From Tetramitus jugosus (lineage: Eukaryota; Protista; Heterolobosea), in assembly GCA_937625935.1 (NCBI GenBank), contig OW569369.1, positions 310,001 to 374,000 of the forward strand: DNA of 64,000 nucleotides, read 5' to 3'. Of this stretch, positions 13,219-25,285 are shown piece after piece (the stretch's first letter is position 1; each line of letters starts with the position of its first letter). The notes under the pieces are model-generated. The model was not told the origin of the DNA. It made no database searches and was given only the letters and a program-made list of their open reading frames with translations. The position numbers and the translations under genes are program-made.

Positions 13219-15747
13219 TTATACTTTAATTTGGGCCTTGATGTTTCCATACACTTCATTATCAATGGCAACACCTTCTGCTTCCTCAGGTCGAGCAAAG
13301 TAGATACCAAATCCACAGTTTTCATAGATTTGGTTATCATAAATCTTACACGTGACATCTTTGGAGTTAACTGAGACACCATCCCACTGATTCTGACAAA
13401 TCTCATTATTATCAATGGCAACTCTTCCTTTGGTGTTGATATAAAGACCATTGTAAGAATTGAGGAATACCTGACTCTGACGAATAGTCATATCACTATC
13501 ACCAACTACGTTGATTCCGTCCCATCCATTTTCAGTGATGATATCATTCTCAAACAGACCACTCGATGTGCCCTTGAGCCATATACCATGTAGTTTACAG
13601 TCTGACACCTGACAGTTTGTCAATGTGATCTGACACTCTTGTTGACACTCGATTCCACAACCGGATTCAGAAGAAATTTCACAGTGTTCCATGATGACGT
13701 TGCCTTGTTTGACCAACACGCCACACATTTCCTTCTCTCCAGTCTGCTTGATTGTCACATTGGATATCTTACAGGCAGCAGCAGCCTCCATCATCAATGG
13801 TGTACTCTTGGACTGGATAGTCACATGACCACTTCCCTCAAGAATCAGAGATTTCTTGATAATGACCTGCTCGGTGTAGACACCATGCTTGATCAAAATA
13901 CGATCCAAGTCCTTTGCTTTCACCACAGCTTCTTGGATTGTCTTGAATTGTTCGTTTCCGGATGATGATTTGTTGGATTTGGCATTACAGTTAACTTCAA
14001 GGGTATTAGAACCGAACAAGAGCGCAGCCTTTCTTAACACAATTGCCCATTCACTGGCTTCTTGTTCGTGCTCTGCATACAAGTACCAAGTTCTTTCTGA
14101 AGTGTAAATCTGGATAACATTTTCCTTTTCGACTATTGATTGAGCTTCTCTTGGAGTCAATAGACGAATCATCTGACCAGCCAGTTTGACACGACCCTTT
14201 GGCTCCTTGTCACTAGGATCTTTGAAGTAGTAGAGATAAGTTCCCTTCAATACACAGAATCTAGTCTTCCAACTCTTGTAAGAACCACCTTGCTTCGTCA
14301 AATAGCCACTCTTTGTGTAAGAGTTAGCCACAGTAATCTTTGATATCTCCTTCAATACTTCGATCCAACAATCGCACTCATCATCACACTGAGCACCGAG
14401 ATAAATTGTGCTCGTGTGTTCAATCTTGAATGTAAATGGCCTTCTGGTTTCATTGTTTGCTTTGGTCACCATTTTACCGACAATGTTCACCTTTCCTAGA
14501 ACGTCCTTGGCCTCCTCATCCTGGAAGAAATACAAGTGAGTATTACTCACGACAAAGTACTCCAACTTCCAAATATAGGTCCTGCTGTCCTTGGGTACTC
14601 TTCTATATAGCCATCCTTTCATCAATGCATTGTTTGTTGCCCATGAATTTGTCACATCATCCACCTCATTGTGCAAAACACCTTCCCAGATTGGAGAATC
14701 TTCATCTGTTGCCCTAAATCGTATCACATCCTTGCTAAGCATTTGTGCTGATAATTGAGCAAAAAAGTTGGATGGATCCGCTCCTGTCTCAGTGGCTTTC
14801 TTGACTCCTAAGGATTTTCGAATTGACAATCGCGGCGTTTTCATTGACAATCTCGCTGTTTGTGGTGGACTATCTTCTGTATTACTAGATGAAGAGCCTC
14901 CTGAACTATCATACAACTTGGCGAGTTCAATGACATAATCCGAATCTCGAATCAACTCCTTGCCTTCACACTCCTCGGGCAACACTCTTTTCACAACAGC
15001 TCCCTTGAGATCGAACTCTCTGCTCGGCTTCACTGAATCCTCACTGTCAAACACATAAAAGTAGCCATTGAAGATGGCACAGTACTTTTCGGACCACGAT
15101 GAAGCGCCTTCGATCAACTCTACAAATCCCTGTAATCTGGCACTAGACAACACTTCCTTTGTCAAGCAAAAGTTTGCTGTTGCCTGCAAGTGAGAAATCC
15201 ATTCCTGACACAGAGCTTCACTGTCACATGTACAATACAATGTTCTATCACGAGTCAGAATCTTGAAGGAGAACTCTCTACCAGTCTCCTCATCCGCACG
15301 TATCACTCCACTCGCCTTCTCCAATCTCACAGCACCCAAAGACTCTGATTTCTCCTCATCGGGGAAATAATAAATATTACGGTTGACAACGACAAAGAAA
15401 CGACGCTTCCATGACTTGTAACTGCCACCACGCTTGATCATCCATCCGGATTTTGATCCTCGAAGCTTCACATCACATGCAAGCATGGATTCCTTGTCTG
15501 TTTTGAGGTACATTGTCGGAGCAATTGTCTCAACACCAGATGCCAATGACTCCACGGCCTTCAACGCAGCACTATCATCGAATTCATCATCTCTCTCCAT
15601 ATCATATATATTTTCATTGTTATTGTCACCGTTACTGGGCGTGCTGGCACTGTTACTACCAGAGCTGTTTTTGTCACTGCTGCTGACGGGAGTGTTGGTG
15701 GATTTTTTAAGTCCTAGTTTTTGTAGGAATACGTTCTTTCCCAACAT
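13219..15747 (-). CDS. Multi-PH-domain protein with C-terminal right-handed beta-helix
   Basis: About four PH domains (KSGWMIKRGGSYKSWKRRFF; KGWLYRR; KSGYLTKQGGSYKSWKTRFC), then TIQEAV...GVYTEQVII and NxWDGI-type beta-helix repeats. Confidence 0.88.
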   Translation of the reverse strand: MLGKNVFLQKLGLKKSTNTPVSSSDKNSSGSNSASTPSNGDNNNENIYDMERDDEFDDSAALKAVESLASGVETIAPTMYLKTDKESMLACDVKLRGSKSGWMIKRGGSYKSWKRRFFVVVNRNIYYFPDEEKSESLGAVRLEKASGVIRADEETGREFSFKILTRDRTLYCTCDSEALCQEWISHLQATANFCLTKEVLSSARLQGFVELIEGASSWSEKYCAIFNGYFYVFDSEDSVKPSREFDLKGAVVKRVLPEECEGKELIRDSDYVIELAKLYDSSGGSSSSNTEDSPPQTARLSMKTPRLSIRKSLGVKKATETGADPSNFFAQLSAQMLSKDVIRFRATDEDSPIWEGVLHNEVDDVTNSWATNNALMKGWLYRRVPKDSRTYIWKLEYFVVSNTHLYFFQDEEAKDVLGKVNIVGKMVTKANNETRRPFTFKIEHTSTIYLGAQCDDECDCWIEVLKEISKITVANSYTKSGYLTKQGGSYKSWKTRFCVLKGTYLYYFKDPSDKEPKGRVKLAGQMIRLLTPREAQSIVEKENVIQIYTSERTWYLYAEHEQEASEWAIVLRKAALLFGSNTLEVNCNAKSNKSSSGNEQFKTIQEAVVKAKDLDRILIKHGVYTEQVIIKKSLILEGSGHVTIQSKSTPLMMEAAAACKISNVTIKQTGEKEMCGVLVKQGNVIMEHCEISSESGCGIECQQECQITLTNCQVSDCKLHGIWLKGTSSGLFENDIITENGWDGINVVGDSDMTIRQSQVFLNSYNGLYINTKGRVAIDNNEICQNQWDGVSVNSKDVTCKIYDNQIYENCGFGIYFARPEEAEGVAIDNEVYGNIKAQIKV

Positions 15748-15967
15748 TCTATTCTTTTTTCGAAGAAAAAACTACAAAGGATTGACAGTGTTTGTTGTTT
15801 TTGTTTTTTTGAGTGTTGGCGCTCTTCAAAACCCTTCACCGTGTCAAATGTCACCTGTGAATCATTCTCCGATTCATACCAAAAAATACATTTTTCTCCG
15901 ATCTCAGCAAACAAAGATCATAATTTTTTTAAATCAACTTCACAATTTTGCGAATCAATCATCACCA

Positions 15968-18900
15968 ATGCTGAACGAGAATATCAATCAGGGTGAGAGT
16001 GATTCCATCCTCCAATCACCAGATACCAATTTTCATCATCAGGAGGTTGATCTGCAACAACCAACTGACGATATCATTGATCTCACTTCACAAAAAGCGG
16101 TTCAACAAGACACAACAACAAACTCACTTGATGCAACTTTTGTCCATCAACAGCATGGAATCCATGAATCCCAAATCACACATCGATCCATTCAGTCAAC
16201 AACACCACCCACTGCACTGACATCAATGATTCACACTGGTGGTGTTGGCGGTGTAGCAAGACCATTGAAGCAATCATCTTCACTGTTGAGAGACATGGGC
16301 ATGCGTGTGACAAGTACGATGGATATGACATTGAACGCTACCATGACCGATCGTGAAAAACAAATGTTTCGCATCAAAAATCAAGTTTCATTTTTTGCTC
16401 ATGAGGGAGCTCATTTTTTGTACAATACGAGAATTATTCTCGTGTTGTTGGCATGTATCATACCATTCTTGTCATTGACTGGTAAATAGTAAGTATACAA
16501 GATGATTTTGATATTCATCAAAAATTAGTTTGAAGCTAATAATTTTTGTTTTTTGTTTAACAAAAAATTATAAAGCTCGTTGGCTCTGTTGGCAACTGGA
16601 TTCAAGGTTGTTTATGTGTTGGACTTTTTGGAACAAAAGACGTATTCGTTCTATGCGTTTTGGTCAACTTTGGCCATCTTTTGGTTCTCTGTCTACATTT
16701 CCAGTATTGGCCTATTGTTGTAAGTGTGTTTTTTTTTGAGTTTTTTGTCATTTGGTTTTTCATTCACGTGAGCTAATGTTTTCTGGATATTGGACATTGC
16801 TAGTATATCACCGTTCAATGTGTTTGTGTTGTTCCAGGGATCCATGTTTGTGATGACAATTGGCATTTGGGGATCTCTCAACTTTCAATTCTTGAGATCC
16901 AAGGCTCCAGAGGTCACACTGCTAGCAGAACGATATTTATTTGCCTCTATTCCATTCGTTTCTCTCCCACTTATTTTGTCATTGATTGTTGGATTGAACG
17001 GTGTGAAGAACTCACCATTTTATTTGAGCGTTGTCATGTGCTGTATGATTCACATGTTCCTCAGCCCATTGAAGAGCTCATTTAAGGAGGAGTCAAAGAT
17101 TGTTTCCTCTAAGAGCATGAAGGACGCCTTACTTCTTATCCAGCGACCAATTGAGTGCCAGATTTATTGCGCTTTGACTCTAGTACTGCCATCCATGGTT
17201 TACATTGCTATCCATCATCGCATTCTAGCACTATCCATGGGTCATTTTGTTAACCTAGCTATTTTGATCGCTGTTCCTTTGTTATTTTTCTGCTCGAGAC
17301 CTCAGAGATACTTGTGGTGGTATTGGAACAGAAGTGATAGTAATGGCACGACAAACTTCTTGCTGCGATTAGTGGTTGCGAGCTTGAGTTTAATATTAAT
17401 AATTATTTGGCTCGAATATCGTGTTATTTTCAGAAGATATCCCTATTTGCTGGCCATACCTGCCCCATACAATTTTATGGTGATTACTATTGCGCTATAT
17501 TCGATGATTTCAGTTGTTTTGTTTTCTCTCGCAGGAATTGTGAATTGGGCTACAAAATTGATGAGTGTGTGCATATGTACTTTCTCTGCCGCGTGCTTGT
17601 CATTTGTACTCGGCCTGCCACTTTGGATGTCCCCTGTTCCTGCTGCAGCAGCCTACTTTGGAAGCGCATTCTTCTTCTCAAGATCATGGGAGCAGTATAT
17701 CGCATTTGGAATTACCTCAGCAGTGAGTCTGATCCTATGGCTTGCTACTTCATTCTGGTTTGTCGAGTATGTTAATCGAAAACTTTTTAGCCTTTCATTT
17801 CTACTATATCTGATGACACATAACTAACATGCTCATGCAAATAATTTACTTTTCGATAGTTATGAGTTCGAATTATCATTCTTGCCAATTGAATGGTCAA
17901 TGCGTGTGAGCCATTGCACCGTTTTGATTGTAATGTTCGTTGTATTATGTGTCTTTGTGTTCCCAGCATGTGTCAAGAACACTTCGAAACCTTTGACTTT
18001 CTATTTGGTCGTGGCTCAAGCACTGGTTTTAACTTTTTTGGAACAAATGCTCTATGAACAAGGCGAGGGATTCTACTCCACACTCCTGGTTGTTATGACA
18101 TCTGCTGTTGGTTGTCTTCTATCGCTTCGTCTGTACGAATGTGATCGCTTAGAATTACAAGCAGCCTCAGTATTGCTCGCAAGTAAGTTCACGTATGATT
18201 TCTCACTGTGCAGTTCAAAACTAACTCTCTCTTCTTTAGTTTATGTTTCCAAAATTTCTGTTCTGTTCTCGGGATCTGTTCGCATGGCATTTGGATGTTC
18301 ATTCATAACATCCATCGCGCTGGCGCACATGTACCTGGTGTCGAGATCGGGCGAACGATTGAGCCATTCTATTTGTTGGTCATACTTTGTTGGATCTGGT
18401 GCGACACTGTTTATTACTCGACACTATGTCCTAAAGTTGGTACTGCAAGCATTCATTGACGTTCGATTCTATGATATTACCGAGAGTCACTTGATTGGAG
18501 CAACTTTGTTTACTTGGGGTATTGCTCTGTTGCCATTGTCAGTGAACTACATGAAGAATGTGCCAATTGTTCAACGAGCAAATATTCTTGTCTCTGTATT
18601 GGGAGCTGTATGGGGATTGTGGCAGCCCTCTATCGAAGGACTATTGGCTGAAGATTTCTCTAATATGACCGACTTTGCTTCCCTGTCACTCTGGGTTCTC
18701 ATTGCAATTACAGTTGTGTTCGTACTCTTAATGGTATTGAATATTGGATCGGTGAACAGATTCGCACCATTCAGAATTATCGCACTTGTTTGTATATCAC
18801 TGAGCATTGCAATCAGTTTTAGTGCAACATATTTGAATCATTCATCCATCATTGCATCCATTCTTCTTTGCTTGAGCGCAGTGTTTGGTGCTGCGACTGA

Positions 18901-19777
18901 TTTCGCATCTGGAACTCGAATTGCAGGCTCCTATGTCACAGTTTTCGTTGCCTATGGATTGCATTTGTTGTGCATGCCATTTATTTACTTGTTGGTCGAT
19001 AGTGTTCAAGTTGAATCAGGCACAAGTGCTCAAGATGTTGTCAGAACAGCAAGAATTGCATTGCTTGCTCTGTACGCTGTCATCAGTATTCTGTTGTCCA
19101 TCTCCATACGATTCAAGATTCGATTTTTGGAAGATTACAAGAACAATGACGAGAGTGGAGTGCGTGATATTGGACTTGTTGGCAACTTCTGCACCATTGT
19201 CGGCTATATTTTATCCATTGCACTGACTACATGGCTCGGTCCAGAGAATATCTACACTGTGTATATTGCCCTATCAGGTATATTCTTGCTATTGAACAAG
19301 GACAATATTTTACCTAGTGCTTACAACATCGAATGGACTGAGAGTCACAGGTACACATTGACTTTGGTTGTCATGCAGATAACGATGTTTACGTTGTTTA
19401 TTCTCGACACAGTGTCTCTGTTCACAGACTTCCACGTGGTCATTGTGAAGAACTACTCAGGTGGAGAGAACGCGAAGAAGGACATGCCGATTCGCTCACT
19501 TTTGCTCAAGGCCTTTGTTCACATTTTCCTGTTCTTGATCTCTGTGCCAGCTCATGTACTGAACACAAAGTTCCTGCTCACATTGAAGCGACCTAATCTC
19601 AAGCTGTGTCTCACGCTATGTCTACCGCTGAGCTTGTTCACATGTTTGATTACCAATCCTTACGAATTCTCGAGCTTGTACTTTTGGGGAGGAAGCGCAA
19701 TCGCTGGTCTATTGCTTCAAGCATTTGTCGCCACACAATTTGTTCGACTGGACACATTGACCGGACTTTTGCAATAA
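15968..19777 (+). CDS. Large polytopic membrane protein, NEF1 (No Exine Formation 1)-like; multi-exon
   Basis: Many TM segments. Motifs recalled from plant NEF1: IGIWGSLNFQFL..PEVTLLAERYLFASIPF, PLKSSFK, LWWYW, LEYRVIFRRY...IPAPYNF. Introns near 16482, 16720, 17767 and an in-frame one at 18183-18239. Confidence 0.72.
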
Positions 19778-19886
19778 GCAGCAGGAAGTGCACTGCTTCG
19801 AAGAACTGAAATCTTCAAGCAGTCAGTTAACAAAAACACATTTAAACAACAATCACTCAATCGAGCTAGGATTCAAAGTTTTTTTT

Positions 19887-20108
19887 TTAATTATAGTACA
19901 ATTCCAAGCTCATTCCATCATGTATCTCATAATCCTCCAGCGTCAGATGATCTTTGAAGATGTTGTGCCATTTTTGAATGCGAAGTTTTTCGGGCCGAAT
20001 TCCAGCAACTGCACCGACAAACAATTTTAAATCGCCGATCGTGTCATCTTCGTTGCACTTGACTCGAATCTTCTTTCCAAGACGATCGTTCAACACAATC
20101 TCAATCAT
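19887..20108 (-). CDS. UBL5: Ubiquitin-like protein 5 / Hub1
   Basis: 73 aa, [18 protein letters not shown]...[13 protein letters not shown], with the di-tyrosine C-terminus. Confidence 0.97.
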   Translation of the reverse strand: MIEIVLNDRLGKKIRVKCNEDDTIGDLKLFVGAVAGIRPEKLRIQKWHNIFKDHLTLEDYEIHDGMSLELYYN

Positions 20109-20327
20109 TCGCTCTTGTTTCTTGTTGTTTTTAGCTAGACGGAGAAACAATGGTGTTGTTCCCGACTTTGAAACCTCTGTTCTGATATTGAGGTTCAATG
20201 AATTAAATGAATGTGTTTGGACAACCAGGGCAAAAAGTAAAAATTTTCAACCGATCTCACTGGGCTGGAAAACAACAAAAGCATTCTATATAGTACTGTA
20301 CTCTCTAGAGATTAAAACGTCATAAAA

Positions 20328-21296
20328 ATGTCTGAAAAGGAAAAGCGTATGCAAAAGAAGAACCAATTCATTGACCAATTCATTGGTTATTTGGAAGAAT
20401 ACAAGAAGGTCATCATCGTCCATGCTGACAACGTCGGTTCCAACCAATTTGCTGAAATCAGAAAGCAATTGAGAGGTCTTGCTATTGTTCAAATGGGTAA
20501 GAATACCTTGTTGAAGAAGGCCATCAGAAAGTATCTTGAAGATAAGGAAGGCAAGTACAACAACAAGGCTAACGCCGAAAAGGTCTTCCCATTGATCGAC
20601 CAAATCAAGGGCAACGTTGGTTTGATCTTCACCAATGACGACTTGACCAAGGTCAGAGACGTCATTGAGGCCAACAAGATTGGTGCACCAGCCAGACAAG
20701 GAGCTATCTCCCCTGTCCAAGTTACCGTCCCTGCTGGTAACACTGGTTTGGAACCAACCAAGACTGCTTTCTTCCAAGCTTTGAACATCACCACCAAGAT
20801 TACCAGAGGTACCGTCGAAATTATCTCTCCTCACTTGTTGTTGAAGGTTGGTGACAAGGTCGGTAACTCCGAAGCTACCTTGTTGCAAATGTTGAACATT
20901 AAGCCTTTCGCTTATGGTTTGAAGATTGTCACCATCTTTGACGAAGGTGCTTTCTACTCTCCATCTGTCTTGGACTTGACCGACGAGATCATGAGCGCCA
21001 AGTGGAGCGAAGCTGTTGCTTCATTGGCTGCCTTCTCTTTGGCTGTTGGTGTCCCAACCGAGGCTTCCGTCCCTCACATCATTGCCAACTCTTTCAAGGA
21101 CTTGTTGGCTGTTTCTGCCGAAACTGGTTACTCATTCAAGGAGGCTGAGGAGACTCTAGAATTCTTGAAGGATCCATCCAAGTTCGCTTCTGCTGCTCCA
21201 GCTGCAACCTCTGCTGCCCCAGTTGAGGCAAAGAAGGCTGAGCCAGAGTCTGAATCTGAAGAAGAAGACGATGATGCATTCGGTGGCTTGTTCTAA
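20328..21296 (+). CDS. RPLP0: 60S acidic ribosomal protein P0 (uL10)
   Basis: DNVGSNQ, MGKNT, PAGNTGLEP; acidic EEEDDDAFGGLF tail; strong codon bias. Confidence 0.98.
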   Translation: MSEKEKRMQKKNQFIDQFIGYLEEYKKVIIVHADNVGSNQFAEIRKQLRGLAIVQMGKNTLLKKAIRKYLEDKEGKYNNKANAEKVFPLIDQIKGNVGLIFTNDDLTKVRDVIEANKIGAPARQGAISPVQVTVPAGNTGLEPTKTAFFQALNITTKITRGTVEIISPHLLLKVGDKVGNSEATLLQMLNIKPFAYGLKIVTIFDEGAFYSPSVLDLTDEIMSAKWSEAVASLAAFSLAVGVPTEASVPHIIANSFKDLLAVSAETGYSFKEAEETLEFLKDPSKFASAAPAATSAAPVEAKKAEPESESEEEDDDAFGGLF

Positions 21297-21619
21297 ACTT
21301 GTCATGTGTGCAAACCCCTAACACAAAAACTATGAGTTAATAGTGTGGTCAAACACACTGGTCAGTGTTATGAATGCTTATTAAAATCCAATTGAAAAAC
21401 ACCAACATGTTTCTATTTTATTATTGTTATGCCAGAGTGTCGTTTCGGGATTGATGTGTCTGGAAATCTTCCGCTTCTGTTTCAATAAGTTAAAAAAAGT
21501 GCACCACGGAAACAAACCAAACACCAAACAAAGCAACCCTTGTGGACATTGATTATTGTTTTACGAACAACTTTTCCTTTGACTGACCTCTCTCAATCAT
21601 TAAAATCATTGATAGAGTT

Positions 21620-24600
21620 ATGCTCAAGTTAAAGCCAAGTATCATTCTCAAATCATCATCTTCGTCAAAACCATCATCTCTATTGCCACCACCACAGCAG
21701 CAGCTATTCATTACACCATCCCGTCATCACCAACCACCACAACAACAACACTTATTTACAATGCAATCCAATCAACAGTGTCATTTTGGATCGTCACCAT
21801 CATCATCAGACCAGATCATCAATCACAACATCAATGCATCCTCATCACCAGTCCTATCCATTAAACAATCACCCAACGACAAGAGACAATACGGTCACAT
21901 TACACTTGACAATGGCATCTCAGCAATTGTCATCTCAGACCGCACTACAAAAGAATCGAGCTGTTCCATGAATGTGCGAGTCGGTTACTTTAATGATCCG
22001 GTTGATCGTCCCGGGTTGGCTCATTTCTGCGAACATATGCTTTTTCTGGGCACTAGTGTCTATCCAACTGAGGGAGAATACAAGAGATATCTGTCTCATT
22101 ATGGTGGCTCAAGCAATGCGAGCACGTCCTCCGAGTACACCAACTATTACTTTTCTGTGAACAATGAAGGCTTTCATGGCGGTATCGATCGTTTCGCTCA
22201 ATTTTTCATTTGTCCGCTGTTTACGGAAAGCGGGACATCTAGAGAGGTCAATGCGGTAGACTCGGAATTTCGGAGAAATTTACAGACGGATAGCAGGAGA
22301 AGCTTACAGTTGTTAAAGTGCTTTGTGAATCCGGTGCATCCGTTTAGCAAGTTTAGTACTGGTAATTTGAGTACGTTGTTGTCTCGGTCACACAATGGAA
22401 GTGCTGTTGAGAGTGCAGAGGAGAATGAGCTCAGAAGTCGTGTGATTCGTCTCTACGAGGACACATACTCTGCAGATTGCATGAAACTTGTGTGCTATGG
22501 AGCAGAGTCTGTTGACGAGCTCAAGAAAATGGTGAGCGAAAAGTTTTGTGGTGTCAAGCGATTGGAGAATCGATCACTGGCTCAAAATTTAAATGAACCA
22601 CTGTTTTTAGTTGGTAATGAAGGAGAGAATGGTGATTGTTCGTTATTGTCACCCACATGCAAAATGGTGCACCTCGTTCCAGTGAAGGATCTGAAGCAAG
22701 TGATTCTGTATTGGGAATTACCATCACAGTATCCAATCTATCGAAACAAGGTCAACTTTTATCTAAATTATTTGTTGGAGCATCAGGGAACGGGATCATT
22801 GTACCAGCTACTGAAGGGAAAGGGATTGATCAATAGTATTAGTGCTGGCGTTTATACAGAGTCATCTGCGTTTTCATTGTATCGAATTGCTATCGATTTA
22901 ACAAGTGAAGGTTTGAATCAAATCGATACAATTTTGCGTCACTTCTATCAGTATTTGCAGCTCATCAAGAGAGACACTATATTGAACGATTCATCTCAGC
23001 TAGGTTACGAAATATTTGACGAAGTTCGAAGATTGCATGAACAGTCATTTGCATGGTTGGAGAAGATTTCTCCTTCTACTTATACATCTAGGATATCGAA
23101 ACGCATGCAGGAGTATCCAATTGAAGATTGCCTGTATGCTCCATATCACTTTGGACAGTTTGATCCAGATCTAGTTGTACAGCATTTGGATCTATTAACA
23201 CCTGCTCGTATGCACGTTCAAATTGTTTCTCGTATATTTAATGAAGATGCACAGCTGCAGGAGCCAATTTATGGAACCAAGTATTTTGTGCGAGACATGC
23301 CTCAGGATTTATTTGAACGGCTGTCAAACACAACCAAGATTAGTAAGCATTTGTCAATACCTGGACGCAATTCTTTTATCGCCGAAGATTTCACTATTAA
23401 GACAGAGCAAACCGAGTTCGCCAAGCTCCACAAACTACTCGAGGACATTGAATCAAATGCAGTTCTTCCTGATTTGGAGCCACCACAGTTGATCACGAGT
23501 GAACAATCAAAACACAGAGTATGGTACAAGCCCCACTCTCACTTCTCTATGCCTCTTGCACACGTGTACTCAATGATCAGAATAAGTGGCGATGTGATAC
23601 AGAATATTCGAGGAGCATTACTTTTGAGAGTGTTCATCTCCATGGTGTATGAGAGCTTGAGTGATGTGAGTTATGATGCAGAGATGGCTGATCTCAGTTT
23701 TGAGATTCACTCTGAAACAGGTGAGGGTCTTGAGATATTTTGTGGTGGGTTCAATCATAAATTAGACAAATTGATTGGCATGTTGTACGAAAGAATCGTT
23801 AATCCAGAGTTCAATCAGATAGTGTTCGACAGGGTCAAGAATCTATATGTTCGCAAGTACAGCAATCATTCAAAGGATCAAGCAAACGAGCAGAGTAAGT
23901 ACTTGGTGAATATGGTGACGCAGGAGCCATTTTTTGCATACAATCGATATCTCAAGATGGTCGAGAAGCTAGAAATGGTGGATGTGATTCAATTTTTCAA
24001 TCAAGCCATCCGAGATAGTCCAGAATTTAAGATTGATACCTTTATCAATGGAAACATGACAAAGGAACAATGCATAACAATATCGAATCAAATGGACAGT
24101 CTTTTGAAGCACAAGGAATTGCCAGAGGAAGAACAGGCTGTCAGTTTTGTTTTCCAGCTGCCTCGTGGTCAAGTAACACTCATCGAACGCCCATCATCGA
24201 ACAATCATGACGCAAACTGTTCTGTTAATGTTCATTTTCAACTTGGTACCAGAGATTTGGTGTCAAAAGTGAAACTGGATCTGTTGGCCAAGATTATGAA
24301 GTCCTACTTTTTTGATTCACTGAGGACGAAGCAACAGTGTGGTTATTCTGTTCATACGAGACCAATTTACTATCAATGCAGTCTAGCGTTTCAACTCTAT
24401 GTTCAAAGTCCCTCACATCACCCAAGAGATGTCTATATGCGCATCAAACGATTTATCAACGAAGAATTTGTTCATATTTTGAATCACGAGCTAGACAATG
24501 ACGCATTTGATAGATACAAGGACTCTCTCATTAAGACAAAGCAGAAGCCTCACACGAAACTATTGGAGGAAAGCTTCAATTATTGGACCGAGATTTATTA

Positions 24601-24949
24601 CAGACGATATCATTGGGAGAAACTGAAAGACGAAGTTGAGGAGTTGGCCAAGATCACAAAGGATGAACTGATTGAACTGTACAACAAGCATTTTATTGAC
24701 AGGGCAGAGAGACAAGAGTTGGCCGTCTTGGTGTATGGCACAGCTTTCCCAGTGATAGCGAAACCAAATAATGAACAAGCAAGTACCAAGAAAAGCGAAG
24801 AACAATTTTTGGATATCATAGGCTCTGATGGCTCAGATAATTTCTTCCATGTGGGAGACTCAGATCAAGCAATCGAACAGTTCAAGCGATGCCATATGAC
24901 GAGTCGTTATCCAGTCAACCGTAACTCTTTCGCGACTTATAAACACTGA
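21620..24949 (+). CDS. IDE: Insulin-degrading enzyme / pitrilysin family metallopeptidase (M16A)
   Basis: Inverted zinc motif AHFCEHMLFLG; REVNAVDSE; LRTKQQCGY. Confidence 0.92.
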   Translation: MLKLKPSIILKSSSSSKPSSLLPPPQQQLFITPSRHHQPPQQQHLFTMQSNQQCHFGSSPSSSDQIINHNINASSSPVLSIKQSPNDKRQYGHITLDNGISAIVISDRTTKESSCSMNVRVGYFNDPVDRPGLAHFCEHMLFLGTSVYPTEGEYKRYLSHYGGSSNASTSSEYTNYYFSVNNEGFHGGIDRFAQFFICPLFTESGTSREVNAVDSEFRRNLQTDSRRSLQLLKCFVNPVHPFSKFSTGNLSTLLSRSHNGSAVESAEENELRSRVIRLYEDTYSADCMKLVCYGAESVDELKKMVSEKFCGVKRLENRSLAQNLNEPLFLVGNEGENGDCSLLSPTCKMVHLVPVKDLKQVILYWELPSQYPIYRNKVNFYLNYLLEHQGTGSLYQLLKGKGLINSISAGVYTESSAFSLYRIAIDLTSEGLNQIDTILRHFYQYLQLIKRDTILNDSSQLGYEIFDEVRRLHEQSFAWLEKISPSTYTSRISKRMQEYPIEDCLYAPYHFGQFDPDLVVQHLDLLTPARMHVQIVSRIFNEDAQLQEPIYGTKYFVRDMPQDLFERLSNTTKISKHLSIPGRNSFIAEDFTIKTEQTEFAKLHKLLEDIESNAVLPDLEPPQLITSEQSKHRVWYKPHSHFSMPLAHVYSMIRISGDVIQNIRGALLLRVFISMVYESLSDVSYDAEMADLSFEIHSETGEGLEIFCGGFNHKLDKLIGMLYERIVNPEFNQIVFDRVKNLYVRKYSNHSKDQANEQSKYLVNMVTQEPFFAYNRYLKMVEKLEMVDVIQFFNQAIRDSPEFKIDTFINGNMTKEQCITISNQMDSLLKHKELPEEEQAVSFVFQLPRGQVTLIERPSSNNHDANCSVNVHFQLGTRDLVSKVKLDLLAKIMKSYFFDSLRTKQQCGYSVHTRPIYYQCSLAFQLYVQSPSHHPRDVYMRIKRFINEEFVHILNHELDNDAFDRYKDSLIKTKQKPHTKLLEESFNYWTEIYYRRYHWEKLKDEVEELAKITKDELIELYNKHFIDRAERQELAVLVYGTAFPVIAKPNNEQASTKKSEEQFLDIIGSDGSDNFFHVGDSDQAIEQFKRCHMTSRYPVNRNSFATYKH

Positions 24950-24999
24950 ACACCTCGAACAATCTGAATGATGTTAAGAACTTGTCACCTGTAAAACTC

Positions 25000-25285
25000 A
25001 AAAGCTCGGTTTCACATTTCACTTCACAACTGTGTGCCTCAGGCTCAGTTCAGCTATCTGGTACTCATCAACAGCACCCGCTTTGATCTGCTCTTTGAAG
25101 CAAGCCTCGACCGGTTCACAGATTATTATCAACCTAGTGACGAATGCTTACGCATAGGTCACTATATTGACTGCCAATCGTCCCAGACTGATCATCAACA
25201 CCATATTGGCACACAGCCTATGAAGTTACGTGTAATTCCTCACCCTATCGCTGTCCTTGCGGATCACAGGTTTGCACCCCAGCTT
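25000..25285 (-). ncRNA. Signal recognition particle (7SL) RNA
   Basis: Minus strand reads GGCAGTCAATATAGTGACCT...CACTAGGTTG...GTGAACCGGTCGAGGCTT-GCTTCA-AAGAGCAGATCAAA, closely matching the eukaryotic S-domain (helix 6 with a GUAA loop, helix 8). Helix 5 pairs ACTTCAT..GGCTGTGTGCC with GGCACACAGTT-GTGAAGT. 5' Alu-like UGU motif; ends at TTTT. Ends are approximate. Confidence 0.9.

Noticed and set aside
20286-20888. Long antisense ORFs over RPLP0 (similar ones over peroxiredoxin, ThrRS and DDX10)
   Set aside because: Shadow frames caused by codon bias.
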